A stretch of 64,000 nucleotides of DNA, from the NCBI RefSeq assembly GCF_036321535.1, contig NC_087436.1, positions 30,568,001-30,632,000 of the forward strand, read 5' to 3'. This stretch comes from Camelus dromedarius. Taxonomy: Eukaryota. Under the pieces are notes generated by a model, which saw only the letters and a program-made list of their open reading frames with translations, did no database searches and was not told the DNA's origin. This document shows positions 10,806-24,387 of this stretch, one piece after another (position 1 is the first letter of the stretch; each line of letters opens with the position of its first letter). The position numbers and the translations under genes are program-made.

Positions 10806-12844
10806 CTTAGAGTTTAAATTTCATATTCAGAATGACTGGCAATACATTAAAAAAAAGGCAAATTAAATTATGCTTTGATTGAAAACTGAAAAAGTATATA
10901 TACTCCATAATGTTAACTGTGGTTTTCTTCTTTGGGTGGTGAAACTGGTGACTGCTCTTAGTTCTGCTTTTCTCCAAATTTTCTGAAATAAGTTCAACAA
11001 ACTTACATAAAAATAAAAACAAATTTATACAGAAGATCCACCCACCAGGAGCCAAAAAGGAATATAGAAATACATATGCCTAGATCAGAAATTACTCTAT
11101 GGGCTAGACTGAGTAATTAACCACCAGTGTTAACATTTTCCATAGTAAGACTTCAAATTCAAAGCAACTTATCTAGCTGGCTGCCTTGAATACTACCATT
11201 TGGACTTATATATCAATTATATACTAAGGAGTTCTCTATGATCATATTTCTTTTGTTGTTATTCAAGTGAGAAAGTATAACATATTACTTAATTTAAATT
11301 GTTGAAAAATGGGATGAAAAAGCTCTAATTAAATTAATATTTATTTTAATGTATATATAGATGTTCGTGTGACTTTTAACAATGAGAGATGAGTCTTGTT
11401 TAATAGGGTCATGGCTGTTCAATTACATAATGTATATGTGCATTTCAAAAAATGTTTCATCAGTGTTTGTTGATTTCAGAACAGATAGTTGAAGGCCATA
11501 AAGTTCCAAAAAGAATATAAGTTCTGTTGAGCTGGTTTGTAATATGAAAATAGGAAACAGCATGTCAGATTTTCACAGCTTTCAGTACTGATACTAAATC
11601 ATAGGTATAGTTTCTAAGTAATATATTTTTACGATGCTTATAAGCTCTTAAATTTATTTGAAGCACAATGCTTCTCACAATAAATAATAGTCCTGTCTAG
11701 TTGCACAGTACGCATTCAAAAATGCTCCAGGTTGAAATACCTTCCGTTAAATGTACCTGTAGGTGTTGAGCTTTTTATTTCCTTGTAGTGTTATGTTCTC
11801 AGCTGTCAGCTGATGTCATTTCAGTAGCAGTCAATCTCTACATCATTTGTCATTTTAATTGACAGATATTAAAAATCTTTTAAAAACCTTATTAGATTCA
11901 TCTCCAATTCATAAAGATTTATCTTCAGGCCTAGCATCTGCAAATAATATCTAACATAATGGCCTTCAAGACGGTCCCTTTCTGCTTACAAATAGTATTT
12001 CCATTAATAAATATGTAGGGATGATTTTGCATAAGATTTACTGTGCCTATTGTTCCTTCAAAATGTAAAATTTAGAAAAATGAATAATGAATGTAAGAAT
12101 CCTATTGGTTAATTATAAAAAATTGCATTCTCTAGTTAATATGACTGCCCTATTAGATTGCTTATGTTCAATTATTTTTTCCTCCAGAATTGAAACTTGC
12201 TCAGTACAGTCTCTATAGCTAAATTCTAAAGAATACTCTTCAAAAAGTACAGAATAATCTTTGAAATTAAGAAAGCTAATAGTTTCAAATGGTGAATATA
12301 GTTATCTTTTTCCATTCCTGTGAAAGTTTCGAGTATCTTTCTAAATTGCAATGTCAGCTGCAGTGTTTCCCTGCCTTGGTGGGGAGAATTATAGATCTCT
12401 CTGTTCCATTGTTGTTAGTTATTTTTTGTTGTTGCCATATTTTTATTTATTCTCACCTATTTTTATTAACTTCCTAAACTGAATCTACCATATTTTAATG
12501 AAAGTTTTATTTTAGGCATTACTATTAATTACCAACATATCTGGATTTTCTCATTATTTGGAAACATGTGTTCTTATATTTCTCTGTGCCTTTGAAGTTA
12601 AGTATGACAAAGTAACTTTAATTTAAACATAATTTTCATAAATATATATTTAATAACAGGCATTCAGTTCCTCATGCTCTTTTCCCTCAAAGTGGTTACC
12701 ATAATATTTGTTGATTTTGAGGTTACACAAAAATAAAACTTAATCCTGAGTCACCACATGGAGGAAAGCTACATTGAGAGACACCTGAATCTGGAATGAC
12801 TTTTATGCGAGTGAGAAGAAGTTCTGTTTTGAAAAACTACTGAG

Positions 12845-15195
12845 CAAAACTCTCAGTAAACTAGGAACAGAGGGGAAATGCCTCAACTTGATAACATCTG
12901 TAAAACCCTACAACTAATATCATAATTAATGGTGAGAAACTGAAGCTTTCCCACTAAGATCAGGCACAAGGCAAGAATATCCACTCCCACCACTCCTTTT
13001 CAGCATTGTACTGGAAGTTTTAGCTAATTAAATAAGACAAGAAAAGGAAATAAAAGGCATACAGACATAGAAGAAGGAAATAAAGCTGGCATTGTTCAAA
13101 GATAACATAATCTATGTAGAAAATTAAAAATAATTGCAAAAAAACAATATGTGATGATAGCAAGGTTAAATGATACAAAATTAATATACAAAAGTTAACT
13201 GCTTTCCTATATATCAACAATAAACAAGTGGAATTTAAAACTGAAAACACAATACCATTTACATTAGCACTCCAAAAAATAAAATATTTTGGTATAAATC
13301 TAAAAAATATATGTATAAGATCTATATGAGGAAAACTACAAAACTCAAATGAGTAAAATCAAAGAACTAAATAAATGGAATGACATTCCATGTTCACATG
13401 TAAGAAGACACTATTGACAAAATATAAGTTCTTCGCAACTTGACTATAGATTTAATGCAGTCCTGCTCAAAATCCAAAAAGCTATTTTATGGATACTGAC
13501 CAACTGATTCTAAAGTTTACACGGAGAGGCAAAAGACACAAAATAGTCAAAACAATATTGAAGGAAAAGAACAAAGTTGAAAAAGTGACACTGCTCAAAT
13601 TCAAGACTTCTTATAAAGCTACAGTAATCAAGACAATGTGATATTGGTGAAATAATAGACAAATAGATCAATGGAACAGAATAGAGAGCCCAGATATAGA
13701 CCCACATACATACAGTCAATTGACATTTTTTTTTGGCAAAGGAGTAAAGGTAACACAATGAAGAAAGGATAGTCTGTTTAACAAATGGTGCTGGAAAAAC
13801 TGGATATTCACAGGCAATAAAATGAACCTAGCCACAGACTTTACACCTTTCATAAAAATTGACTCAAAATGGATCACAGATCTAAATATAAAACATAAAA
13901 CTAAAATTCCTAGAATAAAACATTGAAAAAGCCCTAGATGACCTTGTGTATGCCAGTGACTTTTTTACCTATAAGAATAAAGGCATAATTCATGAAAGAA
14001 ATCATTGACAAACTGGATGTCATTAAAATTTTAAACTTCTGATCTGTGAAAGGCAATGTCATGAGAGTAAGACAAGCTACAGAGAAAATATTTGCTAAGA
14101 CACCTCTGATAGAGAACTCTTGTCCAAAATATATAAAGAACTCTGAAAACTCAAGGATAAGAAAATAAACAATCCTATTAAAAACTGGGCCAAGAGCTTA
14201 ACAGATACCTTATCACAGAAGATATACAGTGAGTAAATGGCATATAAAAAGATGCTTTACTTTATAATGTTATCAGGGAACTGAAAGGTTAAAAAAAAAA
14301 AAGAGAGAGAGAGAGAGAGATCCCACTAGAATGGTTAAAATTCAGATCACTGACAGCACCAAAGACTGATAAAGATGAGGAGCAAAGGAGTTCTCAGTCA
14401 TTGCTCCTGGGGATACAAAATGGTATAGTGCTTTGGAAGACAGTTTGGCAGCTTCTTATAAGACTAAACACACTCTTACCATGTGATCCATCAATCATAC
14501 TCCTTGGGTATTTACTCAAAGGATTGAAAATATGTCTACACAAAAACCTGTGCACAGATCTTCACAGGAAACTTTTCTCACAATTGCCAAAACTTAGAAG
14601 TAATAAAAATATTCTTCAGTAGGTGAATGGACAAACTGTGGTACATCTAGACAATGGAATATTATTCAGTGCTAAAAAGAAAAGAGCTGTCAAGCCATAA
14701 AAACACATGGAGAAACCATAAATGCATATTACTAACTGCAAGAAGCCAATCTATAAAGGCTACAAAGCCAATTATTCCAACAACATGACAGTCTGAAAAA
14801 GGCAAAATTATGAAGACAATAAAAAGATCAGAGGTTGTCAGGGTTTGGAAGAAGTGGGAAGGAATGAATAAGCAGAACACAGAGTATTTTAGGGAGTGGA
14901 AAATATCAGTTACTGTAATAATGAATACATATTATTATTCATGTGTCCAAAGATATTGAATGCGTAATACCAAGAGTGAACCATAATGTGATCTATGAAC
15001 CTCCAGTGATGTGTTGGTGTAGGTTCATTAACTGTAACAAATATACCACTCTGGTGGGGGATACTAATAATGGGGGAGTCAGTGCATGTGTGGGAGCAGG
15101 GGATATAGGGGAATCTCTGTATCTTTCCCTCTATTTTGCTGTGAACCTAAAACCTGCTGTAAAAAATAAAGTCTTAACTAAAAAAAAAAAAAAAA
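12845..15195 (+). mobile_element. Old L1 (L1MC-like), RT domain to 3' end, degraded
   Basis: Frameshifted ORF2 remnants (aaacccta caactaatatcataattaatggtgagaaactgaagctttcccactaagatcagg; caatggaacagaatagagagccca; aaatggtgctggaaaaactgg). L1MC 3' UTR (ccaagagtgaaccataatgtg). PolyA at 15180-15195. Confidence 0.85.
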
Positions 15196-15969
15196 GAATG
15201 AATCAACAACAAAAAAGCCACAGAGCCAACTGTTATTCTGAGTGTTACCTCATAACAAAAATCTCTCCTCTACCCAGACCTTTCTATTCCATGCTTTCAA
15301 TTTATATCCATGGTGCTTATTGCTAAATGGTCTTCACAGACTATTCCATTTCTCACCAGTGTTAAAGTTATACCAATCCATTTATGTCCAGTTCTGTCAT
15401 TCTCTCCTTTGTAAAGATTTTCCCAATTATGCCAGAATTTATCTTCTCTTTCTATATGCTCCCATTTCATCTGTAACGTATGTCACTGGTTTCCAAAATG
15501 GTGACTAAAAATTGGTGGCAAAAGGAATTTAGTAGATATAGAACAGAGGTTTAATTTATTTAATTTAATTAATTACAAATAAAAGAAAACATTTTACATT
15601 TTACTGTATCTACACAGTTTCCAATGTCAGATGCTCAGCTGTATGCATCTCATGTGGTACGTGGTAAATCCTAAGAAAGGAATGAGAGCTCTACTAGATG
15701 AAAGGGTTCTTTCAACTCTTATTTTCTTTCAATGCTTTGAAAAATTTCAGTTGATATGTAGTTTAAGTACATATTGTTGAAGATAATACTAATATGAAGT
15801 AAAAAAACAAGCCACCAGAAGATGTACTGGATGTACTTTGATCATATTTAAAGATTTAAAAATGAAATCTTATAAAAGGGTTGACAAAAAATTATCAAGC
15901 CTACTTGAAATATGGCCCCCAAATTCAAAATAATTTCAGGAGGATTATATGCAATTAAGATCTACTTCA

Positions 15970-16785
15970 AGAGAAATGCAAATCAAACTACAAGGAGGTA
16001 TCACCTCACACCAGTCAGAATGGCCATCATTAAAAAGTCCACAAATGATAAATGCTGGAGAGTGTGTGGAGAAAAGATAACCCTCCTACACTGTTGATGG
16101 GAATGTAATTTGGTGCAGCCACTATGGAAAATAGTATGGAAACTGCTTTAAAAACTAAAAACAGAGTTACCATATGATCTAGCAATCTTTCTTCTAGGCA
16201 TGTATCAGGAGAAAACTCTAATTCTCTAATTCAAAAAGATGCATGCACTCCAGTGTTCATAGCAGCACTATTTACAATAGCCAAGACGAGGAAGCAACCT
16301 AAATGTCCACTGACAGACAACTGGATAAAGAAGATGTGATATATGTTTACTCATATACACAAAATGGAATACTACTCAGCCATTAAAAAGAATAAAATAA
16401 TGCCATTTGCAGCAATATGGATAGACCTAGAAATTATCATACTAAGTGTAGTAAATCAGACAGGGAAGACCAATATCATATGATATCACTTATATGTGGA
16501 ATCTAAAAAAATAATACAAATAAACTTATTTACTAAACAGAAACAGACTCACAGAAATAGAAAACATACTTATGGTTACCAAAGGGGTAAGAGGAGAGGG
16601 TAGGGATAAATTAGGAGTTTGGGATTAACAGATACAGACTACTGTATATAAAATAGATAAACAAAGTCCTACTGTATAGCACAGGGAACTATATTTGATA
16701 TCTTATAATAATCTATAATAAAATGAATCATCATGCTGTACAGAAGAAACTAACACAATGTAAATCAACTATACTTCAATTTAAA
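15970..16785 (+). mobile_element. 5'-truncated L1 (ORF2 from REMQIK + 3' UTR)
   Basis: Translates to [24 protein letters not shown] aagatctacttca (15957-15969) and aagttctacttca (16786-16798), 12/13 identical. Confidence 0.9.
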
Positions 16786-17629
16786 AAGTTCTACTTCATG
16801 AAGTGCATTAATAATCTAAATTACATTTTTACCATTAATTTATTGTATTTTCATATTACCTTTTCAATTTCTAATTTCTATGTATTTTATGAAATCTACA
16901 TGTGTTAATACAATTGTATATATATAGACATAAATAAGTACATAAATATGCATGCTAAATATTTTACAAGGATATACAAAAAATTGGAAAATACTATGTA
17001 ATAAAACAAACTGTGATTTTATAATATTTTTCTTCATTATTTTGACATCTGTTGGTATAATATGGAAGTAAGACTGTGAGTATCCTGAGAACAACAACAA
17101 TAAAAGGAAGCTATCTTATTTTTATTCTATATTCCCTATCAAATCGAGGATTGTGTTTTGCATAAAGTAGGTGGTCAAAATATATTATATATCATTATGG
17201 TCATCAGAAGGCAAAACATGAATGTGCTTCTGTGATAACTGACATTAGATGGTTGTATTTCTGGTAACAGCACTGTCATACCATATCAACAATCAACTTT
17301 TGCATTACTTTAAACAGGTGGAAATAATAAAGAAGGAATGGATTTATGCACACTAAGGGTCACATGTTTATTCAGAAGAGCAAATAATCCACTCCTTTAA
17401 TGCTGATTCATAATAGAGTTTCCTATCTATACATTTTTAGAAAAGATTTAAATTTTCTAAAAAAATCAGTTTGTAAGATTTTCTTCCATTTTGAATTTAA
17501 AACAAAAATCCCAACAATCTAAAACTTAAACTACCTGTTTTATTTTTCCTGAGAATTTATTTGCTATTTCTAAAAATAAAGTTAGAACATATAATGTTGA
17601 ACAACTGTGGCTCCAAGAAACATTGGATT

Positions 17630-17916
17630 TTACTGGCTGAAGAGTGGAGAAGCTTTTTCTTTTGTCCATTTCCTTTGGAATGTCCAGTTTGCTGGCTTCC
17701 TCAGCTTCAAGTCTGGGGTATATGAGTCAATGAAAAAAACCCAAGTAACTCACTACCAAGTAGTTCCTTGGATCTATATCCAAGGTCCTTAGCCAGTCAG
17801 TCTTCTCTCCAGCTTTCACACCGTTCTTATGTTTGTTTTAAATATAATTTAAAGGGTTTTTAGTTGTTCTTGGGAGGAATGAGAGTATTTCTATTGTGTC
17901 ATCTTAGAGTGGAAGC
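17630..17916 (-). mobile_element. Ancient L1 5'-end fragment (L1MC-type, tentative)
   Basis: tcttatgtttgttttaaatataatttaaagggtttttagttgttcttgggaggaat...catcttagagtggaag resembles recalled L1MC 5'-end consensus. Confidence 0.5.
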
Positions 17917-18271
17917 ATGATAAATATATTATCACTACAAGGTGCATTTTAAAGAGAATCCAGAAAAGTTATAACAAATGTTGAGTAAAGGCATAATATA
18001 GATTGCAATTTTAGTATGACGTTTTTTTATCAGGACAAAAAAATTCATTCATGGAAAAGGTTTTATAATGATAAAAATTCGGTTCACATGAAATATTTGT
18101 TTTATAAATATTATAACACCAGAAAATATATGAGAGAACAGAGCATCTATATTCATGAAATAAAATCCTCAGAAAAGGTAAGAGATTAGAAACATGTCAC
18201 TGGTAGGTGATTTAGTCCATGACATCAGGTGAATGAAAAAGATGACTTAACAGAGCCTCAGATAATTAATA

Positions 18272-18442
18272 AAGATATGTACATTGTTTCTTAGACATAA
18301 TGCTATTGCACTTTTAAGAGACTACATCACAGTGTAAATACAACTTTTATATGCACTGGGAAATCAAAAACTCATGTGCCTTACTTTATTGAGATATTTG
18401 CTTTATTGCAGTGGTCTGGTACTGAATCCCCAGGTATGTCTG
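18272..18442 (+). mobile_element. Tigger1 DNA transposon 3' end
   Basis: tatgtacattgtttcttagacataatgctattgcac...atatgcactgggaaatcaaaaa...gctttattgcagtggtctgg...aggtatgtctg followed by TA. Confidence 0.85.
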
Positions 18443-19477
18443 TATATATTTATATTTATATATCTATTTCTACCTATGTATCTATCTATTGAGAGAGAGG
18501 TAGAGAGAGAAAGAAATCAGAGAATACAGTTAATTCCTGGCATCCTTAAGATAGTTTCCACTGTATTAGTCTATGGAGAAAAACTCAATAAAATCTAAAG
18601 TTAACTGAAGAAAGATCATAAATAAAATGGAAAGGGGAACAGGTGAAGGGGAAAAGGTCATTAATGAGCTAAATTACTTATGTTTATTCATGGAAGTTCT
18701 TAGAAAATGCTTTCATATGATAAATTAGGCAATAGACATATAAACAGAGCTGGTACTCAGGAGACAAATATTGGCGTAACTTCAAGACTAGTGAGCATTC
18801 ATTCAGACGGGGATGTGCTTTTGCTGTACTGGTTGTTGAGAATACTGAATATTACCCCTGAGTCCGAATGTATTTTCTTAGAGTTATAAAGAACAAAACA
18901 GAATAGTTAAATAGAAACAAGGCCCAAAGTGGCTACCTCTACGGAATATTACTTATAATTTTGCATACTTTACATTTGGTACTTTTCCATAGTGCTTCAG
19001 TTTTTATAACTTTGAGGCTAGATTGCTTTAATAACTTTTAAAAAAAGCTTTGCCCCAATAACCAAATTTAAGCAGTCCCTTACGCTTCTATACTCACCAC
19101 AGAGCCTTCTTTAAACTTTTCCTTAAAATGTTTACTCTTCTGAGAATTATTTAAATATCAATTCTCTTCTCAAATTATATTCTTCTATTTAACGTTTACT
19201 ATTAACTATTTATACTTAATTCTATTTTAAGTCTTCTTTATTAAAGTACTAGCTTCCATAATTTTGTTTTTACATACATTCTAGAGATTTTTTAAGTCAT
19301 CTATTTTTTCTAAATACTTCTAAATATTAATAAATAAAATTATTCTAATTTATATTCAAAATTGAGCTGAAGCAGTATTAAAGTGCTGAGGAAGAATGAT
19401 CTGGACTTGGCCCTGGATCTTCCACATAAAGTCACCTTACAGTCATTTCAACTCTGTATCCCCACTTCTTCTAGGGA

Positions 19478-19513
19478 ATAATAATAATAATAATAATAAC
19501 AATAATAATAATA
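19478..19513. repeat. (AAT)n microsatellite within a MIR fragment
   Basis: aataataataataataataataacaataataataat seen directly. Flanks are MIR-like (ccctggatcttccac, tcatttcaactctgtatcccc). Confidence 0.85.
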
Positions 19514-22500
19514 AAACAGCTAATTACATGTTATTATTTTAAAGATCAAATATTTGTATTCTCTGAAATCACTTGTAAACATAAGGTATTGGGCATCTTC
19601 TTATGACAAGATGCATACTATTTGCTTGGGATACACAAGTTAATAACCAGTACATCCTTGCAGCCATGTACTCATTTACAAAATCAGACACTTTAGAAAG
19701 CCCTCATACACCCTGCATCTACATTCTTTTTTTTTTTTTCACTTTGTCAGTTTTGGCAGTAGCCAGTATATTTAATTTCAGCTAGTTGTACTCCTGACAG
19801 CAGTCACATCACATTACAGTATTTTCCAGACTATGTTGGCACCTTCATCTCTTTTTCTAGGAAAAAAAAATCCCTGGTTTTTTCATCATGCAATCCATAA
19901 TTATCTGAAAATCAGTATCCTGATGTTAATACTAGCAAAGGAAAGGAGGAAAGAATAAAATTATTTTCTTCACACATGCCTGGACAGTCTTCAGAGACAT
20001 CTGATGTGATTGCCAGTAACAATCATAAACTGATACTCTTTTACACACCTATGGTTTAAGCTTTTAATTTTTTTTTATTTTCCGTGCAAGAGTGAGCTTA
20101 TTCATGCATATATTAAAACTGCATGGTCCTTTATTCTGTTCAACAGAGATGATGGAAATCACTGCATGATTTTTAAGCCAACTGGTTTTGGTGGGGTGAA
20201 ATAATATTGCTCATTAATTAAGTGGATATATATATGTGGCAAGATGGATTTCTAGTCATCAAGGCTTACAAAATCATCACCTAGGAAATTGTGGCTGGGA
20301 ACTTGGTCTCAGTAACATAAGATTTACTTGAATTATACTGGTTAACCTATTTTCTAACTGAAGAAGTTACCAAATTGGGGAAAAACAAGAAGTTATTTTT
20401 CTGAATCAAGAATCATTAAAAAGAATCATATAACAAGTGTTTGCCATGGAAAAATACTACATAATCCTATTTATAATATGCAGTTTTTAACTGGACCTTC
20501 ACATTTCTCTCACATAGCAGATCATCATCCTTACTTACGACTCTTTAGTAAATTCTTAAATGGCTCTATACCTTTTAACTATTTTTATTGCTGTTCCTTT
20601 ATGTCAGCATTACAATTTTAATACCTCATTACACATTAATATATTTAAATATTTGAACTCTTGAGTGCCTCAAAACAGTCTTATAATTTTATGCAAATAC
20701 TATCACATACACACTTTTGCAGTCTCCTTATCTCACAGAAGACATGATCTTACTTGATGTGTTATCAGCTTATCATTTATCTTTTATTTCTTACCCTCTT
20801 TAGTGTTTTGAGTTTTGTAAAGAATGGTGGGCAAAATTAATTTGGTATCAAAATTTGCAATACTGTATTTTCTCTAGCATTTATAAAAATTTAAATTTAA
20901 ATATGGAAAGTCCTGGAAGGAGCAATTATTGAATACTTAAACATTATGTAAGATTTAAAAATTGTGTCCCTCTAACATTTCTCAAGTATTGTTACTCAGA
21001 CAAAATGGTTTATTTGCTATATATAGCCTTAGGCTATGAGAAAGGAGGAACTCGTGATTATATTACAAGCAAAGCCTACAATAATAAACCTCATGTATAT
21101 ATGACATCAGAAGATAATGTCTCTACCAATATGACTTTCATGTTCTCTGACCAAAATCCTAAATTAAGAACATTGTACTAAGGGGCATCTCATACAGCCA
21201 ACAACAGGCTTGTTTTTCTTTGTTTCTCCCCAAATGATTTTTTTTTTCTTTTGGAACCACTGTTATCTTACAAACTGGCTAATATAATTAGTTACATAAA
21301 AATACATAATCAATTTATACTCTTTGAATTCTTAAAAGAAATGACATTTTTAAACTCCAAATTACTTTTATAGCTGCTGTAAAGTTATTTCCTCTTAATC
21401 CTATAGCTGGAGGCTAAAAATTTCACATTATTTTCTTTAAATAGCAAAAGATAATACCATTTTTTATGATCCCTAAGTATCTGGTGAGTATGTTACCTTG
21501 ATGCCATGTGGATTATCATGTGAATAAATCATAAAAAGTACTACTTGCTCAGAGGAAAATCTGACAGCACAGCCAACCTCATCATTTATAAATTTTTTCT
21601 CATTTCCAGATATTTTAATTTATTCTTCTTATTCCGTTTCTTGTGATGTTTTACTAGTTTCAATTATTTAATAAATCCAAATTTGGATGTAATTTTTTCA
21701 ATGTTTAATTTTTCCTTCATATTTAAAAATAAGACACATTTACAAGTTAAGATGCATTTGGCTATGCATTTTGGACCTGAGCTTAAAATGTACATCAAGA
21801 TGATTGGTTTTTAAAAATCCTTAGAGGATTTTTTTTTATTAATTCCACAATGTACTGGACATATTAACATGACAACATAATAGCTGCTTTCTCTTATTCA
21901 CCAAGGATTATCTTAATTATATAAAGAGATATGAGAATCAGGATTTGTGTACAAAAAGTGCTATAAATATTGAATAAATTATTTTCAGGAAGATCAATTT
22001 TTTTTTCATTATTCGTAGAGCTAGGGATTTGAAGTCATCTCTATTTGTGATCTATTTCACACAAAAGTCCAAGTGAGTGCAATAATGAGGGAACACTTCA
22101 TATGCCTTTCAGCCCTTTGAAAAGACTTGTGTGAAGACACACAAAGGAAATCTCTTATAGAAGGAAGTAAAGAATGATCTAATTCAAAACTCTTTTCATG
22201 TGCACTAATGCTTTGAACGTTTGAAAACTATTATTCCATATGATTTTTAAAATAAAAGAGCTATTTCATTATTAAACATTAAAAATGTGATATTTCCATT
22301 CTACTGCAATCTTAAATAAACAGGACTGTTATAGTCCCTATACAATCTATTGTTTCATTGTTAAAATAAAAAGAAAAGTAAAACTCCCTAAATCACTGAG
22401 TCTCCCAGCAACACACATAAAAAACATATTTGTGCTGCAATTTAAATGGACCAGGAAAAAGAACATTCAACCATTTGGAACTGAAATATTCATGAGCTAC

Positions 22501-23321
22501 TTAGAGTACAATGAAACAAAATATCTTCAGATGTCCTAGAGGAACAAGAGTCAAGGAAATACAAGAATAACGAGAGACTATTCTATTTTAAACTTTCTTC
22601 TTTTTTCCCCATTAGATGATAATACACAATTTATTCTGGCTACATTATAGAATGTGACAAGCTCACCAGTCTAATGTAAAAATTATCTTAAAGGTTTTGA
22701 CATGGTTTAATTCCACACTTTCAGGGATACCGGGACTTCAGTTGGCTTAAACTGTTTAATCGGGTAATTAGAATTATGGACAAAATTTTCCCTATCTAGG
22801 TAAACACTAAAGAAGAGCTCATGGCATATTTTTGAATTTTAAAAAATATACCTTAATTTCTACTAATGTAGAATGTAATCTTAATAGGATTTAGATCCAG
22901 ATTTTTGGAAATTGTAACTTCTGTAATCTCTATAAACATTCTCTTTCAAATAAAATTATTGCTTATTTGAGTTATTTCTTCATTGTTCTATTTCCCCATT
23001 TAAAATTTTAAATCAGCTACACAGTTTTAAAGATTATCTATTATAAGTAAAGATATAAAAAGGAAACTTTGAAAAGAGCATTTGATTATTTGGGAGTTTT
23101 AATCAGATGATAATTCTTAGTCAAGCAGGATGATTTTTAAGTAAAAAATCGGTCTAATTGAAGACAGGATGACTATATGTGTTTCTTCATATGCACAGTG
23201 ACATGTTGAAAAAGTATATGTGTAAGGCTTTTTGATTATTTTATTATAAAAAGTGGAATTCATGAGTCAATTCCCCACATCCAATCCCTTTCAAATATAT
23301 CTTTGTCCTTGTAATGCCTTT

Positions 23322-23640
23322 CTTTTTTTATTGAAGTATATAGTTGATTTACAATGTTGTGTTAATTTCTGGTGTACAGCATAGTTTTTTATATATATAT
23401 ATCTCCTTAGCTGTGACACAAACCCCATTGTGTGAGCAGTATATATATATATAGCTTTTCATATTTTTTCATTATAGGCTATTACAAGATATTGAATGTA
23501 ATCAGTAATCCCCCTGTGTTATACAGTAGGACCTTTTTGTTTTATCTGTTTTGTATGTAGTAGTTAGTATCTGCAAATCTCAAACTCCCAATTTATCCCT
23601 GTACTCCCTTTCCTATCTGGTAACCATAAGTTTGCTTTTC
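23322..23640 (-). mobile_element. L1 3' UTR fragment carrying a foreign 36-bp insert in its (TA)n tract
   Basis: PolyT then ttattgaagtatatagttgatttacaatgttgtg...ctgcaaatctcaaactcccaatttatccct...ggtaaccataagtttg. Same UTR type as 6478-7014. Confidence 0.85.
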
Positions 23641-23942
23641 TTGGTTAGTTTTACTATCGTCTTCAAGTTCTCTGTATCAGTAACATATCCTGGTCATATA
23701 TCTGGTCTCATTAATGCTAAATCCTCACTGCTACTCACCCTGATAAACCACCATCACTTTCTAGGTTAAATGCAATAGTCACAATCATTATTCACATGGG
23801 GTTCAGTAGCCTCCAAACCAATCTCTTCATCAATACTTTTATCCCGAACAATATAATACTTTCACACAGGACACCAAGTGCTCACTTAAAAAAATATATA
23901 TATATAGTCCCATAACTCACCTAATTAAAATAGCTTGCAGTG

Positions 23943-24387
23943 TGTCAAGAGACAGTTCTCCATGATATTTCTGCAGGTCTTCTACTATCTTTTGTTCCTG
24001 ATTATCTTTTCAAGGATGTGCATATAGCAAATTGCCTAGGAAGACTGAGATAGGGTCTTCCTCTGGAGGACAGGGAAGATTTATTTTCTGCCCAGGATGA
24101 AAGAGATGACGACTACAGAAAAGGGGAGTCAGGCTTGTAAGCAACCCCTTTTAGAAAAGTGGAGTTTCCTAAACTGGGGGATCCTTAGCTGTGACACAAA
24201 CCCCAGTATGTGGGCAGATCTACCAGATCCTGCCTTTGTATGGCCCCATGGGGCTTGGGAGGCAAGGAAACATTACACAAATGCTGCCTGTCAGATCCAG
24301 GGGCTTCATATGTTCTCTCAGTTTCCATGCAACCATAGTAGGCTCACTTGTTAGCTCAAGAGAAGGATGTATCTCAGACCCTTCACA
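23943..24387 (+). mobile_element. Solo LTR, LTR40-like (ERVL)
   Basis: TG...CA termini (tgtcaagagacagttctccatg...tcagacccttcaca). Internal tatcttttcaaggatgt...ggaagactgagatagggtcttcctctggag matches the recalled LTR40 consensus. Confidence 0.75.
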
